Source: Clostridia bacterium (lineage in GTDB: Bacteria > Bacillota > Clostridia > Christensenellales > Aristaeellaceae). From it: a DNA stretch of 64,000 nucleotides. Numbering within the stretch: the stretch's first letter is position 1; the number at the start of each line of letters is the position of its first letter. The stretch spans positions 4,305 to 68,304 of the forward strand of contig JAGBAV010000037.1 in NCBI GenBank assembly GCA_017938795.1, read 5' to 3'. Positions 8,378 through 18,491 of the stretch are shown here, piece after piece. A program made the position numbers and the translations under genes. The notes below the pieces were generated by a model that was not told the DNA's origin, did no database searches, and worked only from the letters and a program-made list of their open reading frames with translations.

Positions 8378-10135
8378 ATGAAGACCAATTGGGACCTTTC
8401 TGTGTTCTATAACGGCTTTGACGACCCGGCCTATGCCCGCGACATGCAGGCGCTGCCCGAGCGCATTGAGGCGCTGCGCGCCCTGATCGCCGGGGAGAAC
8501 CCCGATGCCGCGGCGAAGACCCGCCAGATCGTCGACGCCATTGAGAGCCTGACGCTGCTGATGGAGCGCCTGGCGATGATGATGATGCTGACCCAGTCCA
8601 CCGACGCGGAGCATCCGCAGGCCAACGCCGCCCAGACCCCGATGAACCGTGCGTTCATGGCGGTCTCCCAGTGCGAGAGTGCGTTCTCCCGCTATCTGGC
8701 GTCCCTTGAGGATCTCGACGCGGTCATCGCAGCGGACGAGGAGCTGACCCGCCGCGCCTTCGTGCTGCGCGAGTATGCGGAGAATGCGCGCCACAACCTG
8801 CCCGAGGCCATCGAGAGCCCCGTGCTGAAGATGCAGCTCTCCGGCGGCAAGGCGCTCTCCCAGCTGCGCGGCAAGCTCGAGGCCACGCTCACCGCAAACT
8901 TCCGCGGTGAGGAGATCCCGCTCTCCGCCGTGCGCGGCAAGGCGTATGACCCCGACCCCGCTGTGCGCAAGGATGCGTATGAGGCGGAGATCGCCTGCTA
9001 CAAGAAGATCGAGATTCCGATGAGCGTCTGCCTGAACTCCATCAAGGCCGAGGGCGAAACCATGGCCGAGCTGAAGGGCTATAACGGCATCCTTGATATG
9101 ACGCTGGCTTCCTCCCGCCTGACGGCGCAGACGCTGGAGGCGATGTGGACCGCGATCCGCGAGGCCCTGCCGGAGCTGCGCGCCTACTTCCGCGCGAAGG
9201 GCCGCCTGCTCGGCCATGCGAACGGCCTTCCGTTCTACGATCTGTTCGCGCCCATCGGCGAGAGCACCAAGACCTACACCATCGAAGAGGCCCGCGATAT
9301 GCTGGTGGACGTCTTCACCCGCTTCTCCCCGGAGATGGGCGAGATGATGGCGACCGCCTTTGACGAGGGCTGGATCGACGTCTACCCGAAGGAGGGCAAG
9401 CGCGGCGGCGCCTTCTGCTCGGGCAACTATGAGATGAACATCAGCCGCATCATGACCAACTACTCCGGCAGCCTCTCCGACGTGAGCACGCTGGCGCATG
9501 AGCTGGGCCATGCCTTCAACAACAAGCAGCTCAACCGCGTGCCGGTGATGATGACCGACACCCCGATGCCGCTTGCGGAGACCGCCTCCACCTTCAACGA
9601 GACGGTGCTGTCCGACTTCGTCCGCGCCGCCGCCACCCCGGAGGAGGAGCTCACCCTGCTGGACGCCAGCCTCACCGAGAACACGCAGGTGATGGTGGAT
9701 ATCTACTCCCGCTTCCTCTTTGAGCAGAAGGTCGTCGCCGCGCAGGCCGACCATGCCATGAGCGTCGCGGAGCTGAAGGAGACCATGCTCTGGGCTCAGG
9801 AGCAGTCCTACGGCGACGGCCTTGACCCCGAGGTGCGCCATCCGTACATGTGGGCCTGCAAGAGCCACTATTACTCCACCGGCCGTCACTTCTACAACTT
9901 CCCGTATGCCTTCGGCGGTCTCTTCGGCCGCGGCCTCTACGCCCGCTACAAGGCGGAGGGCGCGTCCTTCGTGCCGGTGTACTGCGATCTGCTCAGCCGC
10001 TTCGGCAGCGACACCATCGAGAACGTCACCGCCTCCGTGGGCATCGACGTGACCACCCCCGCCTTCTGGCGCGAGGCCGTCGGCACCGTCGTGGAGGAGG
10101 CCCGCCGCTTTGTCGAGCTGGCTGATGCGAAGTAA
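8378..10135 (+). CDS. M3-family oligoendopeptidase (PepF-like)
   Basis: 585 aa. Zn motif STLAHELGHAF (HExxH). AAGGAGG RBS. Confidence 0.9.
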   Translation: MKTNWDLSVFYNGFDDPAYARDMQALPERIEALRALIAGENPDAAAKTRQIVDAIESLTLLMERLAMMMMLTQSTDAEHPQANAAQTPMNRAFMAVSQCESAFSRYLASLEDLDAVIAADEELTRRAFVLREYAENARHNLPEAIESPVLKMQLSGGKALSQLRGKLEATLTANFRGEEIPLSAVRGKAYDPDPAVRKDAYEAEIACYKKIEIPMSVCLNSIKAEGETMAELKGYNGILDMTLASSRLTAQTLEAMWTAIREALPELRAYFRAKGRLLGHANGLPFYDLFAPIGESTKTYTIEEARDMLVDVFTRFSPEMGEMMATAFDEGWIDVYPKEGKRGGAFCSGNYEMNISRIMTNYSGSLSDVSTLAHELGHAFNNKQLNRVPVMMTDTPMPLAETASTFNETVLSDFVRAAATPEEELTLLDASLTENTQVMVDIYSRFLFEQKVVAAQADHAMSVAELKETMLWAQEQSYGDGLDPEVRHPYMWACKSHYYSTGRHFYNFPYAFGGLFGRGLYARYKAEGASFVPVYCDLLSRFGSDTIENVTASVGIDVTTPAFWREAVGTVVEEARRFVELADAK

Positions 10136-10148
10136 ACCCGATATATAC

Positions 10149-10186
10149 AGCAGCAGGCTGCCCGGATGGGCGGCCTGCTGTTTTGC
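10149..10186 (+). terminator. intrinsic terminator after the pepF-like gene
   Basis: cagcaggc...gcctgctg stem followed by tttt. Confidence 0.6.
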
Positions 10187-10257
10187 GCTGCAGATCAACG
10201 CGCCCGCTGCATGCCGAAGTGCAGCGGGCTTTTTGGGTTTGCCGGATTGCAAAAGGC

Positions 10258-11205
10258 TCACGCCATCTCCCTGCACACCAGCGTTTCCCCGTCCGGCTCC
10301 GCGTCCCGCAGCGAGAGCGCGAGGCCGTTGCCGTCATACGGGGAGACGTGGAGCACGCCCTGCGCGGCGTCGATGCAGGAGGCGTAGCAGGTGTATTCGT
10401 ACTGCCCGTCGTCCATGAGCGTCGCGCCGCGAGGCTGGGCAACGCAGCCCAGCACATGCTGCAGCTGGCGTATGCAGGCGGAGGGTGCATCCCCGCAGAC
10501 GGAGTGGTGCAGCAGGAACGCCGCGCGGACGAAGCGGCTGTGCGAGCTGAGGTCGCCCGGCAGGCCGAGCGCGCCCATGCCCAGCGAATACAGCCCCAGC
10601 GGCATGCCGGGGCGGAAACGGGGCTGCGGCTGTGCGGGGGAGAGGGCGGTATACATGCGCAGCCCCTGCAGATGAAAGGGCAGGGCGGGGCTGTTGGTCA
10701 TTACGCGGACGGGGTTGTCCGTGAGGAGAAGACCATCCTGCGTGCTCTCGGCGGCGAAGGCTTCGTGTGCATCCGCGATAATCCAGTGCAGCGGCATATT
10801 GGGCATATCTGCGCTGAAGGGCTTGTCCATCACGGAGACGCGGGCGAGCATCGCGCGCGCCTGCGCGGCGCTCACACACTGGGAGAGCACCCATGGCATC
10901 AGCTCGTGCGGGGCAAAATTATCCTTGTCCGGCACGGCGGGAAAGTAGCGGGCGCAGCCCGGGAAGGCGAGCGCAGCCATGCACAGACCGTGCTCATTGG
11001 CGGCGTCAAAAAGGAGCGGACGGCCGTCCTCGACGGCGGCCATACCGATGACGGCGTAATGGCGATCCACCGCGCCCATCTCAGAGAAGCGCAGCGGAAA
11101 GCGGCGGGGCATGACGACGGCCTGCGCGCCGTAGGGATGCGGGGTATCCAGCGTGCGCCCGAAATAATGGCGCCCGCCGCGGACGAGGGAGACGGCTGTG
11201 CACAT
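10258..11205 (-). CDS. linear amide C-N hydrolase, choloylglycine hydrolase (bile salt hydrolase / penicillin V acylase) family
   Basis: The start is taken at MCTAVSL..., giving Cys2 as the Ntn nucleophile, as in BSH/PVA enzymes. About 316 aa. Substrate was not determined. Confidence 0.8.
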   Translation of the reverse strand: MCTAVSLVRGGRHYFGRTLDTPHPYGAQAVVMPRRFPLRFSEMGAVDRHYAVIGMAAVEDGRPLLFDAANEHGLCMAALAFPGCARYFPAVPDKDNFAPHELMPWVLSQCVSAAQARAMLARVSVMDKPFSADMPNMPLHWIIADAHEAFAAESTQDGLLLTDNPVRVMTNSPALPFHLQGLRMYTALSPAQPQPRFRPGMPLGLYSLGMGALGLPGDLSSHSRFVRAAFLLHHSVCGDAPSACIRQLQHVLGCVAQPRGATLMDDGQYEYTCYASCIDAAQGVLHVSPYDGNGLALSLRDAEPDGETLVCREMA

Positions 11206-11371
11206 AGGCATGACCTCCTGAGGGTGATATCGCTCAGTATGCGCGCTCGGACGCTGCCGTAATCATGGGGAATCACGCGCAAATGCTTGCGAAAGAGAGC
11301 GCGGCGTTGTACAATATAAGGTAGATGATTTTGCGCATGAGCCAAAAAGGCGGCGCAGAGGGAGGACGACC

Positions 11372-11746
11372 ATGATCGATTTCAAGAATGCCGAATATCT
11401 CAAGCTCGCGCCCATCGACGCGAGGAAGGCTGCACGCTCCGTGGATGACATCCTTGTGCGCGGCGAGGAGGTGGCTGCGGCGTTCCGCAGCGTGCGCGAC
11501 ACGGTCATCTTCACCAACAAGCGCGCGATTGCCATCAATGTGCAGGGCGTCACCGGCAGCAAGGCGGACATGACCTCCCTGCCCTACAGCAAGGTGCAGG
11601 CATTCTCCGTGGAGACGCCGGGTGTGGTGGATCTGGACTGCGAGCTGCAGCTGTGGTTCTCCACGCTGGGGCTGGTGCGCTTTGAGTTCACCCGCAGCGC
11701 AGACCTGCATCTGATTGGCAGGCTGATCGGCGAGGCCGTGCTCTGA
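11372..11746 (+). CDS. bacterial PH-domain (YokE-like) protein
   Basis: 124 aa. Pattern ...VIFTNKRAIAINVQG....SLPYSKVQAFSVET is typical of bPH/YokE-like domains. Good RBS. Confidence 0.6.
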   Translation: MIDFKNAEYLKLAPIDARKAARSVDDILVRGEEVAAAFRSVRDTVIFTNKRAIAINVQGVTGSKADMTSLPYSKVQAFSVETPGVVDLDCELQLWFSTLGLVRFEFTRSADLHLIGRLIGEAVL

Positions 11747-11855
11747 GCCCGAAAGAAACGCTGATTGATAGGAAACAGAAGGAATCCGGCAGCGGATGAC
11801 GAATATTTACTAGGTTACTATTCTTTGCATCACATACAGGAAGGGAGGGGTACGG

Positions 11856-13484
11856 ATGAGCGAGACGGACGGGCTGAGGCGTCGCCGCAGGGCGGCACAG
11901 GGCGATACGCCTGACGGCGGGCATGCGTATCCCCCGGCGGAGCAGCCGCAGGCGGCGCACGATGAGCAGCCGATGCACACCGGGCAGCCGCAGGATGGCG
12001 CGCGGCGCAGGCGCAGGAGCGCCGCCGCAGACGGCGCGCAGCCCCCGCAGGATGTGACCCCGCATGCGCAGAAGCCGGCGGAGCAGTCGTCACCCGTCGT
12101 GCGCACGCAGAGCGAGAACCGCGGCGCGGCGGCGAGGAGGAAGGTCCGCAGCACAGGCAAGGACAAAGCAAAGGAATACGCAGGCAAGGCGCTGCGCACC
12201 GCGAAGGAGACAGCGCTGGGCATCGGCGCGATCACGCAGATCGCCTATCAGGAATATATCCGCCCGGCTGCGGATGCGCTGGCCGGGAAGATCGGCGAGC
12301 AGGCGGCGCAGTACAGGGCGAAGCATGGCGCAGCCGGCAAGCGCAGCAGCACAGCCGGAAGGCGCAGCAGCGCAGCCGGAAGGCGCACGAAGACTGTCCG
12401 CAGCGCGGCCGGGAGCGCCGTCGGCAGGGGCGCAGGGAGCAGCCGGACGGACGTCGGCGGGTTCTCGATTGAGTCCCGCCATCCGCATGCGCAGCGCAGC
12501 CGGCAGGCGGCGCGCGAGGAATGGATCCGCAGGGGACTGGCGGCCGTGCTTTGCTGCGTGGCGTGCTACAGCCTCTTCATGATCGGCAGCATCCTCTGGC
12601 GCACCATCCGCACCAACCGGCTGACGGACGAGCTGTCCCAGCTGCGCCGCGGCGCGCAGCAGACCGCGGAGCCGGAGCTGACGCCAGAGGCGGTTGTGCA
12701 GATCGCCGTCGAGGACGATGCGCAGGCGGGCGGTCAGGACGGGCTGCAGCCTGCCGCCACACCGGAGCCACCCCAGCCCTCGCCCACCCCGCAGCTGACC
12801 TATACCCCCGTGCCGCGCAGGCAGGATACCGTCAAGAGCACGTCCTTCCATGTTGTGGGCGGCGATGCGCTGCCCGAGATGGAGGAGCTGTATAATAAGA
12901 ACCGCGACCTCATTGCATGGATCAACATCGAGGAAGTGCTCGATCTGCCCATCGTCTATAAGAACAATAGCTACTACCTGACGCATGATTTCTACAAGAA
13001 CAAGTCTGCGGCGGGAACGCTCTTCCTTGACGAGAATCATCCCTTCAAGGAGAAGACGCAGAATCTGCTGCTGCACGGCCATAACATGAAGGACGGCACG
13101 ATGTTCGGCAGACTCGCGCAGTATGAGCATGACATCAATTACCTGAAGAATCACGCGTTCATCAGCTTCGACACGCTCTGGCGCAAGGAGAAATACGTCA
13201 TCTTTGCTGTGCTGCGCGTGTCGCTGGATGTGAAGAGCGATCAGTTCTTCAATTACTACTCCTACCCGACGTTCTCCAGCGACGCTGCCTTCAGCTCCTT
13301 TGTGCGCCAGCTGCAGCTGCGCTCGATGTACGCCGTCCCGGTGGATGTGGAGCCCAGCGACGCGCTGCTGATGCTCTCCACCTGCCTTGACGAGGACAGG
13401 CTGGTGATCGTCGCGCGCCGCATCCGCGAGGATGAGACGCGGCATGACCTGCGGCAGATGATCAACATCGCCACAAAGCAGTAA
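11856..13484 (+). CDS. class B sortase with a long basic/low-complexity N-terminal extension and a TM anchor
   Basis: C-terminal about 210 aa carry LLHGHNMKDGTMFG (His), LMLSTCLDE (Cys) and VIVARR (Arg). The N-terminal roughly 220 aa are R/A/G/Q-rich, followed by the TM segment GLAAVLCCVACYSLFMIGSILW. Confidence 0.75.
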   Translation: MSETDGLRRRRRAAQGDTPDGGHAYPPAEQPQAAHDEQPMHTGQPQDGARRRRRSAAADGAQPPQDVTPHAQKPAEQSSPVVRTQSENRGAAARRKVRSTGKDKAKEYAGKALRTAKETALGIGAITQIAYQEYIRPAADALAGKIGEQAAQYRAKHGAAGKRSSTAGRRSSAAGRRTKTVRSAAGSAVGRGAGSSRTDVGGFSIESRHPHAQRSRQAAREEWIRRGLAAVLCCVACYSLFMIGSILWRTIRTNRLTDELSQLRRGAQQTAEPELTPEAVVQIAVEDDAQAGGQDGLQPAATPEPPQPSPTPQLTYTPVPRRQDTVKSTSFHVVGGDALPEMEELYNKNRDLIAWINIEEVLDLPIVYKNNSYYLTHDFYKNKSAAGTLFLDENHPFKEKTQNLLLHGHNMKDGTMFGRLAQYEHDINYLKNHAFISFDTLWRKEKYVIFAVLRVSLDVKSDQFFNYYSYPTFSSDAAFSSFVRQLQLRSMYAVPVDVEPSDALLMLSTCLDEDRLVIVARRIREDETRHDLRQMINIATKQ

Positions 13485-13501
13485 CGGAGGAGGCTGCGCC
13501 C

Positions 13502-14146
13502 ATGGAAAAGGGCATCCGGTTCGATCTTGCCTACGACACAATGCCGTGGGATGAGGTGGATACGGTCGTATTTGACATCGGCAATGTGCTTATCCGCTTT
13601 GCGCCGGAGGAGTTTGTGAAGCGGCTCTTCCCCGGCGACGAGCAGACGCAGAAGCTGATGCTCGAGCGCGTATACTTCGGGAAATACTGGCCGGAGTTTG
13701 ACCGCGGGACGATGAGCTATGAGCAGGCGGCGAAGCTGCTTGACGAGGAATTCGGCGGGGGCGAGGCACTGTATCTGCGCACGCTGTACGGCTGGATTGC
13801 GCTGAAGACCCCGCTTGAGGAGGGCTGGCGCGCCGCCCGTTTGTGCAAGGCGAAGGGCAAGCGCATCTGCCTGCTGTCCAATTACCCGGCGGAGGGCTAT
13901 GCCGCGCTGCGCGAGCAGTACGCAGAGAGGTTTGATCTGTTCGACGGGGCGTGCATCTCCTGCCAGATCCATCAGGTCAAGCCCAATGCGGATATCTATC
14001 AGACGCTGAAGGAGACCTGCGGCGTGCAGAGTGGGCGCGCGGTGTTCATCGACGACCTGCTGGCGAACGTCGAGGGCGCGATGCAGGCGGGCATCCACGG
14101 CTTTCATATGCATGAAATCGGCATGATGGATCGTTTCTTTAGGTAA
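13502..14146 (+). CDS. HAD-superfamily hydrolase (subfamily IA-like)
   Basis: Motif I VVFDIGNVLIRF. Late motif VFIDDLLANVEGA. Confidence 0.75.
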   Translation: MEKGIRFDLAYDTMPWDEVDTVVFDIGNVLIRFAPEEFVKRLFPGDEQTQKLMLERVYFGKYWPEFDRGTMSYEQAAKLLDEEFGGGEALYLRTLYGWIALKTPLEEGWRAARLCKAKGKRICLLSNYPAEGYAALREQYAERFDLFDGACISCQIHQVKPNADIYQTLKETCGVQSGRAVFIDDLLANVEGAMQAGIHGFHMHEIGMMDRFFR

Positions 14147-14201
14147 GATGAAACGGCGCACGCCGAAGAGCCTGCGCGTAAATCCAATGCTGGAGGAGAT
14201 C

Positions 14202-15146
14202 ATGATGATACGGACCATTGCCGCGCTGCTGCTCGCCGCGCTGCTGCTGCCCGCAGGCGCCGCAGCCGACGGAGCGATGCTCGGCGTACAGATCAAGGAT
14301 ACCCCTGCGCCGACCGCAGAGCCCACGCCGGCCGCGGCTGACGAGGCGACGGCGGAGCCTGTATGGGAGATCCCCGCATATTACAGCGACGAGGCATGGC
14401 TGACGGAGGAGATCACCCCCGAGGCGCGCGAGGCTGCCGGCCTTGGCGGACGCATTCTCATGCGCGGCATGGAGGGCGAGGACGTCGCCCTGATGCAGAA
14501 GCGCCTGTATCAGCTGGGATATTACCTGCAGGATGTTGACGGCGTATTCGGCCTGCGCACGCGCACGGCGGTGTATGGCTTCCAGCGGGAGAATAAGCTG
14601 GAGAAGATCGACGGCAAGGTCGGCCCGGAGACGATCCGGCGGATGTTCGACAAGGATGCTGTGATCCGGCCCACGCCCACACCCAGCCCGACCCCGACGC
14701 CCACCCCGACGCCCGCGCCCACCGCAACGCCGGAGCCCACGCCCGCCCCCACGCCCGTGCCGGATATGATGTCCGCGCCGTTTGCTCTGGCGGCGCAGTC
14801 ACTGAAGCTGGGCGATATGGAGGTGCAGCTGGCCGTCGGCACGGATGAGAGCGGCGAGCGGCTCTATCCGCTCTGCGGCGTGATGCGCCATCTGGGCTAT
14901 GCGCATGCGTATGAGGACGGATGCTGGCAGCTCACGCGCCGCGACGGCAGCGAGATCGCGCTGATGACCGCCGGCGAAGAGGGCCTGTGCGAGGGGGCGA
15001 TGGGCTCCTATGACGGCACCATCTTCCTCGCCGATGATCAGGCGAGGGTGTATGCCTATGCGGGCGAGGCGTATGTGACCGCCGCGATGCTTGAGCGGCT
15101 GGGGCTGCAGGTGGAGACCGTGGACGGCAGGAGCGCCATCAAGTGA
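14202..15146 (+). CDS. secreted peptidoglycan-binding-domain protein with a Pro/Thr linker
   Basis: GGAGGAG RBS before ATG 14202. Signal peptide MMIRTIAALLLAALLLPAGAAA. PG_binding_1-like segment LMQKRLYQLGYY...DGVFGLRTRTAVYGFQ. PTPTPSPTPTPTPTP linker. Confidence 0.7.
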   Translation: MMIRTIAALLLAALLLPAGAAADGAMLGVQIKDTPAPTAEPTPAAADEATAEPVWEIPAYYSDEAWLTEEITPEAREAAGLGGRILMRGMEGEDVALMQKRLYQLGYYLQDVDGVFGLRTRTAVYGFQRENKLEKIDGKVGPETIRRMFDKDAVIRPTPTPSPTPTPTPTPAPTATPEPTPAPTPVPDMMSAPFALAAQSLKLGDMEVQLAVGTDESGERLYPLCGVMRHLGYAHAYEDGCWQLTRRDGSEIALMTAGEEGLCEGAMGSYDGTIFLADDQARVYAYAGEAYVTAAMLERLGLQVETVDGRSAIK

Positions 15147-15292
15147 ATAACGCGCCGGGCGGGGAACTGTCCGGCGTTTATCTTTTCCCTGTGAGCAGGC
15201 TTCCTGACGAAAAAACGCGAAACAGGGTATAGCTTAATCCGGCGCAATGGGCTATAATAGCAATAACCCCAACTACGACAGGAGGTCTGCCC

Positions 15293-16222
15293 ATGATCGC
15301 GCCTGAGACATTCGCCCGGGAGCTGGGCCTGACCGTCATCGGCGAGAACGGCTGCGGGCGGCGCATGCGTATCAGCGAGGCAGATATCTGCCGCCCGGGT
15401 CTGCAGTTCGCCGGGTATTTCGACGTGTTCGCCAACGAGCGCCCGCAGGTCATCGGCAAGACGGAGATGGCGTATCTGTGCAGCCTCGACGACGGCGTAC
15501 GGGACGCGCGGCTGCAGCGCTACTTCAGCTATGAGATGCCGTGCATCGTGATAGCGCGCGGCATGACCTGCCCGCCTGCGCTGCTAGAGCAAGCGGCTTC
15601 GCACGGCGTGCCGGTATACGGCACGGCGGAGGAGACCAGCGCCTTCACCGGCCGCGCCATGGCCTATCTGAGCGAGGCACTCGCCCCGAGGCAGACCTGC
15701 CACGGCGGTCTGCTGGATGTGTTCGGCGTGGGCGTGCTGATCACAGGCGAGAGCGGCGTGGGCAAGAGCGAGTGCGCGCTGGAGCTGATCAAGCGCGGGC
15801 ACCAGCTCGTGGCGGACGACGTGGTGGATATCAGCCGCGTGGGCAGCGTGCTGGTGGGTGAATCGCCGGAGATGGTGCGCGACTTCATGGAGCTGCGCGG
15901 TATCGGCATCGTGGATATCAAGTCGATCTTCGGCATCGGCGCGATTATCCGCAAAAAGCCCATTGATATCGCCATCCATCTGGAGCTGTGGAGCCCGGAG
16001 AAGGACTATGACCGCCTCGGCACCGCCGAGCGGACGAAGGAAATCCTTGGCGTGCAGCTGCCGCTGATCGATATCCCCGTGCGCTCAGGGCGCAATCTGG
16101 CGATCATCGTGGAGATCGCCGCGCGCAACTGGCGGCTCAAGAGCGAGGGCTATGACGTTGTGTCCGAGCTGGACAGGCGGCTTCGCAGCCATTACGGCAG
16201 ACGGGAGGACGGCGAGGACTGA
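15293..16222 (+). CDS. hprK: HPr kinase/phosphorylase
   Basis: GVLITGESGVGKSECALELIKRGHQLVADD P-loop signature. 309 aa. Confidence 0.92.
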   Translation: MIAPETFARELGLTVIGENGCGRRMRISEADICRPGLQFAGYFDVFANERPQVIGKTEMAYLCSLDDGVRDARLQRYFSYEMPCIVIARGMTCPPALLEQAASHGVPVYGTAEETSAFTGRAMAYLSEALAPRQTCHGGLLDVFGVGVLITGESGVGKSECALELIKRGHQLVADDVVDISRVGSVLVGESPEMVRDFMELRGIGIVDIKSIFGIGAIIRKKPIDIAIHLELWSPEKDYDRLGTAERTKEILGVQLPLIDIPVRSGRNLAIIVEIAARNWRLKSEGYDVVSELDRRLRSHYGRREDGED

Positions 16223-16271
16223 GCACCGCCCGCAGAATCATCAATACTACTTCAAAGAGAGGTATCACGAT

Positions 16272-17219
16272 ATGATGTACATTGGCGTGGATCTTGGCGG
16301 CACCGGCATCAAGGCCGGCGTGGTCACGGAGCAGGGCGAAATCCTTTCCAAGGGCTCGACCCCGACGATGAAGGAGCGCCCCTATCAGGAGGTCATCGCG
16401 GATATCGCTTCGCTGTGCCGCAGCGTGGTGAAGGATGCGGGCCTGACAATGGAGGATATCGGTGCGATCGGCGTGGGCGTCCCCGGCGTGTGCGATCCGC
16501 GGACCGGCGTCATCCCGATGTGTACCAACCTTGGCTGGCACGGCGTTCCCTTCGTCGCGGAGCTGCGCAGCCATATCGATCTGCCGGTCATCGTGGATAA
16601 CGATGCGACCGTCGCGGGCTTTGCGGAGTCCATCGCGGGCGTGAGTGCCGGCACGCACTCCAGCGTATTCGTTACGCTGGGCACGGGCGTCGGCGGCGGT
16701 ATCATCATCAACGGCCGCCCGTACTCCGGCGCGCATGGCGTCGGCTCCGAGATCGGCCATATGATCCTGAAGATGGACGGCGAGCTCTGCTCCTGCGGCA
16801 ACAGGGGCTGCTTCGAGCGCTATGCCTCCGCCACCGCGATCATCCGCGAGGGCAGGAAGGCCGTGGCCGAGCACCCGGAGAGCATGATCATGAAGCGCTG
16901 CGGCGGCAATCCGGAGCGCATCAACGCCAAGACGGTCATCGACTGCGCGAAGGAAGGCGACCCGACCGCGAAGGCTGTCTTTGATGAGTATGTGCGCGGC
17001 CTTGCGCTGGGCATCATCAACCTGATCAACGCCATCGACCCGGAGGTCATCGTCCTTGGCGGCGGCGTCTCCAATGCGGGCGACTTCCTGCTGGATGCGC
17101 TGCGCGAGACCATGAAGCCCTATATCTTCTTCAAGACCCTGCCGTACGCCCGCATCGAGCTGGCGAGGCTGGGCGCGGACGCCGGCATCATCGGCGCTGC
17201 GCTGCTGGGCAAGCAGTAA
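16272..17219 (+). CDS. ROK-family glucokinase
   Basis: Start at MMYIGVDLGGTGIKAGVV after the AGAGAGG RBS. ROK zinc motif CSCGNRGCFERYAS. Confidence 0.85.
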   Translation: MMYIGVDLGGTGIKAGVVTEQGEILSKGSTPTMKERPYQEVIADIASLCRSVVKDAGLTMEDIGAIGVGVPGVCDPRTGVIPMCTNLGWHGVPFVAELRSHIDLPVIVDNDATVAGFAESIAGVSAGTHSSVFVTLGTGVGGGIIINGRPYSGAHGVGSEIGHMILKMDGELCSCGNRGCFERYASATAIIREGRKAVAEHPESMIMKRCGGNPERINAKTVIDCAKEGDPTAKAVFDEYVRGLALGIINLINAIDPEVIVLGGGVSNAGDFLLDALRETMKPYIFFKTLPYARIELARLGADAGIIGAALLGKQ

Positions 17220-17376
17220 CCGTATATTTCCGGGCGCGCCGCAAGGCGCGCTCTTCTCTTTCTGCCGAGACGGGGGAGATATTGCGAATAGCAAGAATCC
17301 TTCACAGCGGCAGGGAAATGAGAAGCGCGCGGAGAATATATATCTTGCAAGTAATGTGCATTTGGAGGGATTTCCC

Positions 17377-18225
17377 ATGGGCTATACGTATGATATTCCT
17401 TTTCATGTTGATCTGAGCGGCCGCGTAGCCGTTGTCACAGGCGGCAACGGCGGCATCGGCGGCATGTTCTGCCGCGCTCTGGCTGCCTGCGGCGCGACCA
17501 TCGTGGTGCTGGGCCGCAATCTGGAGCGCTGCCAGCTCGTCGTGGACGAGATCGTGCAGGGCGGCGGCAATGCGTTCGCGATCTCTGCGGACGTCACGGT
17601 CGAGGCCGCGATGCTGCGCGTGAAGAGCGAGATTGAGGAGCGCTTTGGCAAGATCAATATCCTCATCAATGCGGCGGGCGGCAATGTGAAGACCGCCATC
17701 ATTCCGCAGGAGCAGATGGCCGACGGCGGCGAGAAGACCTTCTTCGATATCCCCGTCAGCGAGATGCAGAAGGAGCTGGATCTCAACCTGCGCGGCACCT
17801 GGCTGCCCTGCAAGATCCTCACCCCGCTGATGCTCAATCAGGAGGGCGCCTGCGTGCTGAACGTCTCCTCGATGAGTGCCTTCAGCCCGCTGACCAAGAT
17901 CCCCGGCTACTCCAGCGCGAAGGCCGGCGTGTCCAACTTCACCCAGTGGCTGGCGACCTATATGGCCCGCTCCGGCGTGCGCGTCAATGCGCTGGCTCCG
18001 GGCTTCTTCATGACGGAGCAGAACCATGCCCTGCAGTTCAACCCGGACGGCACCCCGAACGCGCGCCAGAAGAAGATCATTGCCGGCACGCCCATGGGCC
18101 GCTATGGCGAGCTCAATGAGCTCATCGGCGCGATGCTCTTCCTCGTCAGCGAGAAGGCCAGCGGCTTTGTCACCGGCGTTGTGCTGCCCGTTGACGGCGG
18201 CTATAACTGCTACTCCGGCGTGTAA
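17377..18225 (+). CDS. SDR-family oxidoreductase
   Basis: VAVVTGGNGGIGG cofactor motif and catalytic YSSAKAG. RBS GGAGGGA before ATG 17377. Confidence 0.85.
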   Translation: MGYTYDIPFHVDLSGRVAVVTGGNGGIGGMFCRALAACGATIVVLGRNLERCQLVVDEIVQGGGNAFAISADVTVEAAMLRVKSEIEERFGKINILINAAGGNVKTAIIPQEQMADGGEKTFFDIPVSEMQKELDLNLRGTWLPCKILTPLMLNQEGACVLNVSSMSAFSPLTKIPGYSSAKAGVSNFTQWLATYMARSGVRVNALAPGFFMTEQNHALQFNPDGTPNARQKKIIAGTPMGRYGELNELIGAMLFLVSEKASGFVTGVVLPVDGGYNCYSGV

Positions 18226-18254
18226 TGCGCACGGGGGAGCAAAGGAGTACAAGA

Positions 18255-18283
18255 AAAGACGTCCCGGAAGGGACGTCTTTTTG
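18255..18283. terminator. intrinsic (bidirectional-looking) terminator after the SDR gene
   Basis: aaagacgtccc / ggaa / gggacgtcttt, then tt. Confidence 0.75.
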
Positions 18284-18491
18284 CTTTGCAGGAGATCGCA
18301 CAGATATTGTTGCTGCAAACACTGGTTTCTCGAAGATTGCAGATTGTTCTGGAAGGGGAGCTCCCGCTGATGGTATTCCGTATAGAGATTTCTTGCTGGA
18401 GGCCTGATTCGGTGAGCACTGCCGGTACTGGTGCTGCGCCGGTTGTGGCTGGATACAGATTGTCAGGGCTGGCTTTCAGCTGCTAGAATCT

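Noticed and set aside
8285-10276. 663-aa minus-strand ORF antisense to the M3 peptidase
   Set aside because: Shadow ORF. The plus strand has HExxH and an RBS, and the minus-strand frame has no recognisable domain.
14660-14760. Non-coding microsatellite-like (ccc/acg/ccg) repeat
   Set aside because: It is in frame within the peptidoglycan-binding protein gene and encodes a PTPTPSPTPTPTPTPAPT linker.
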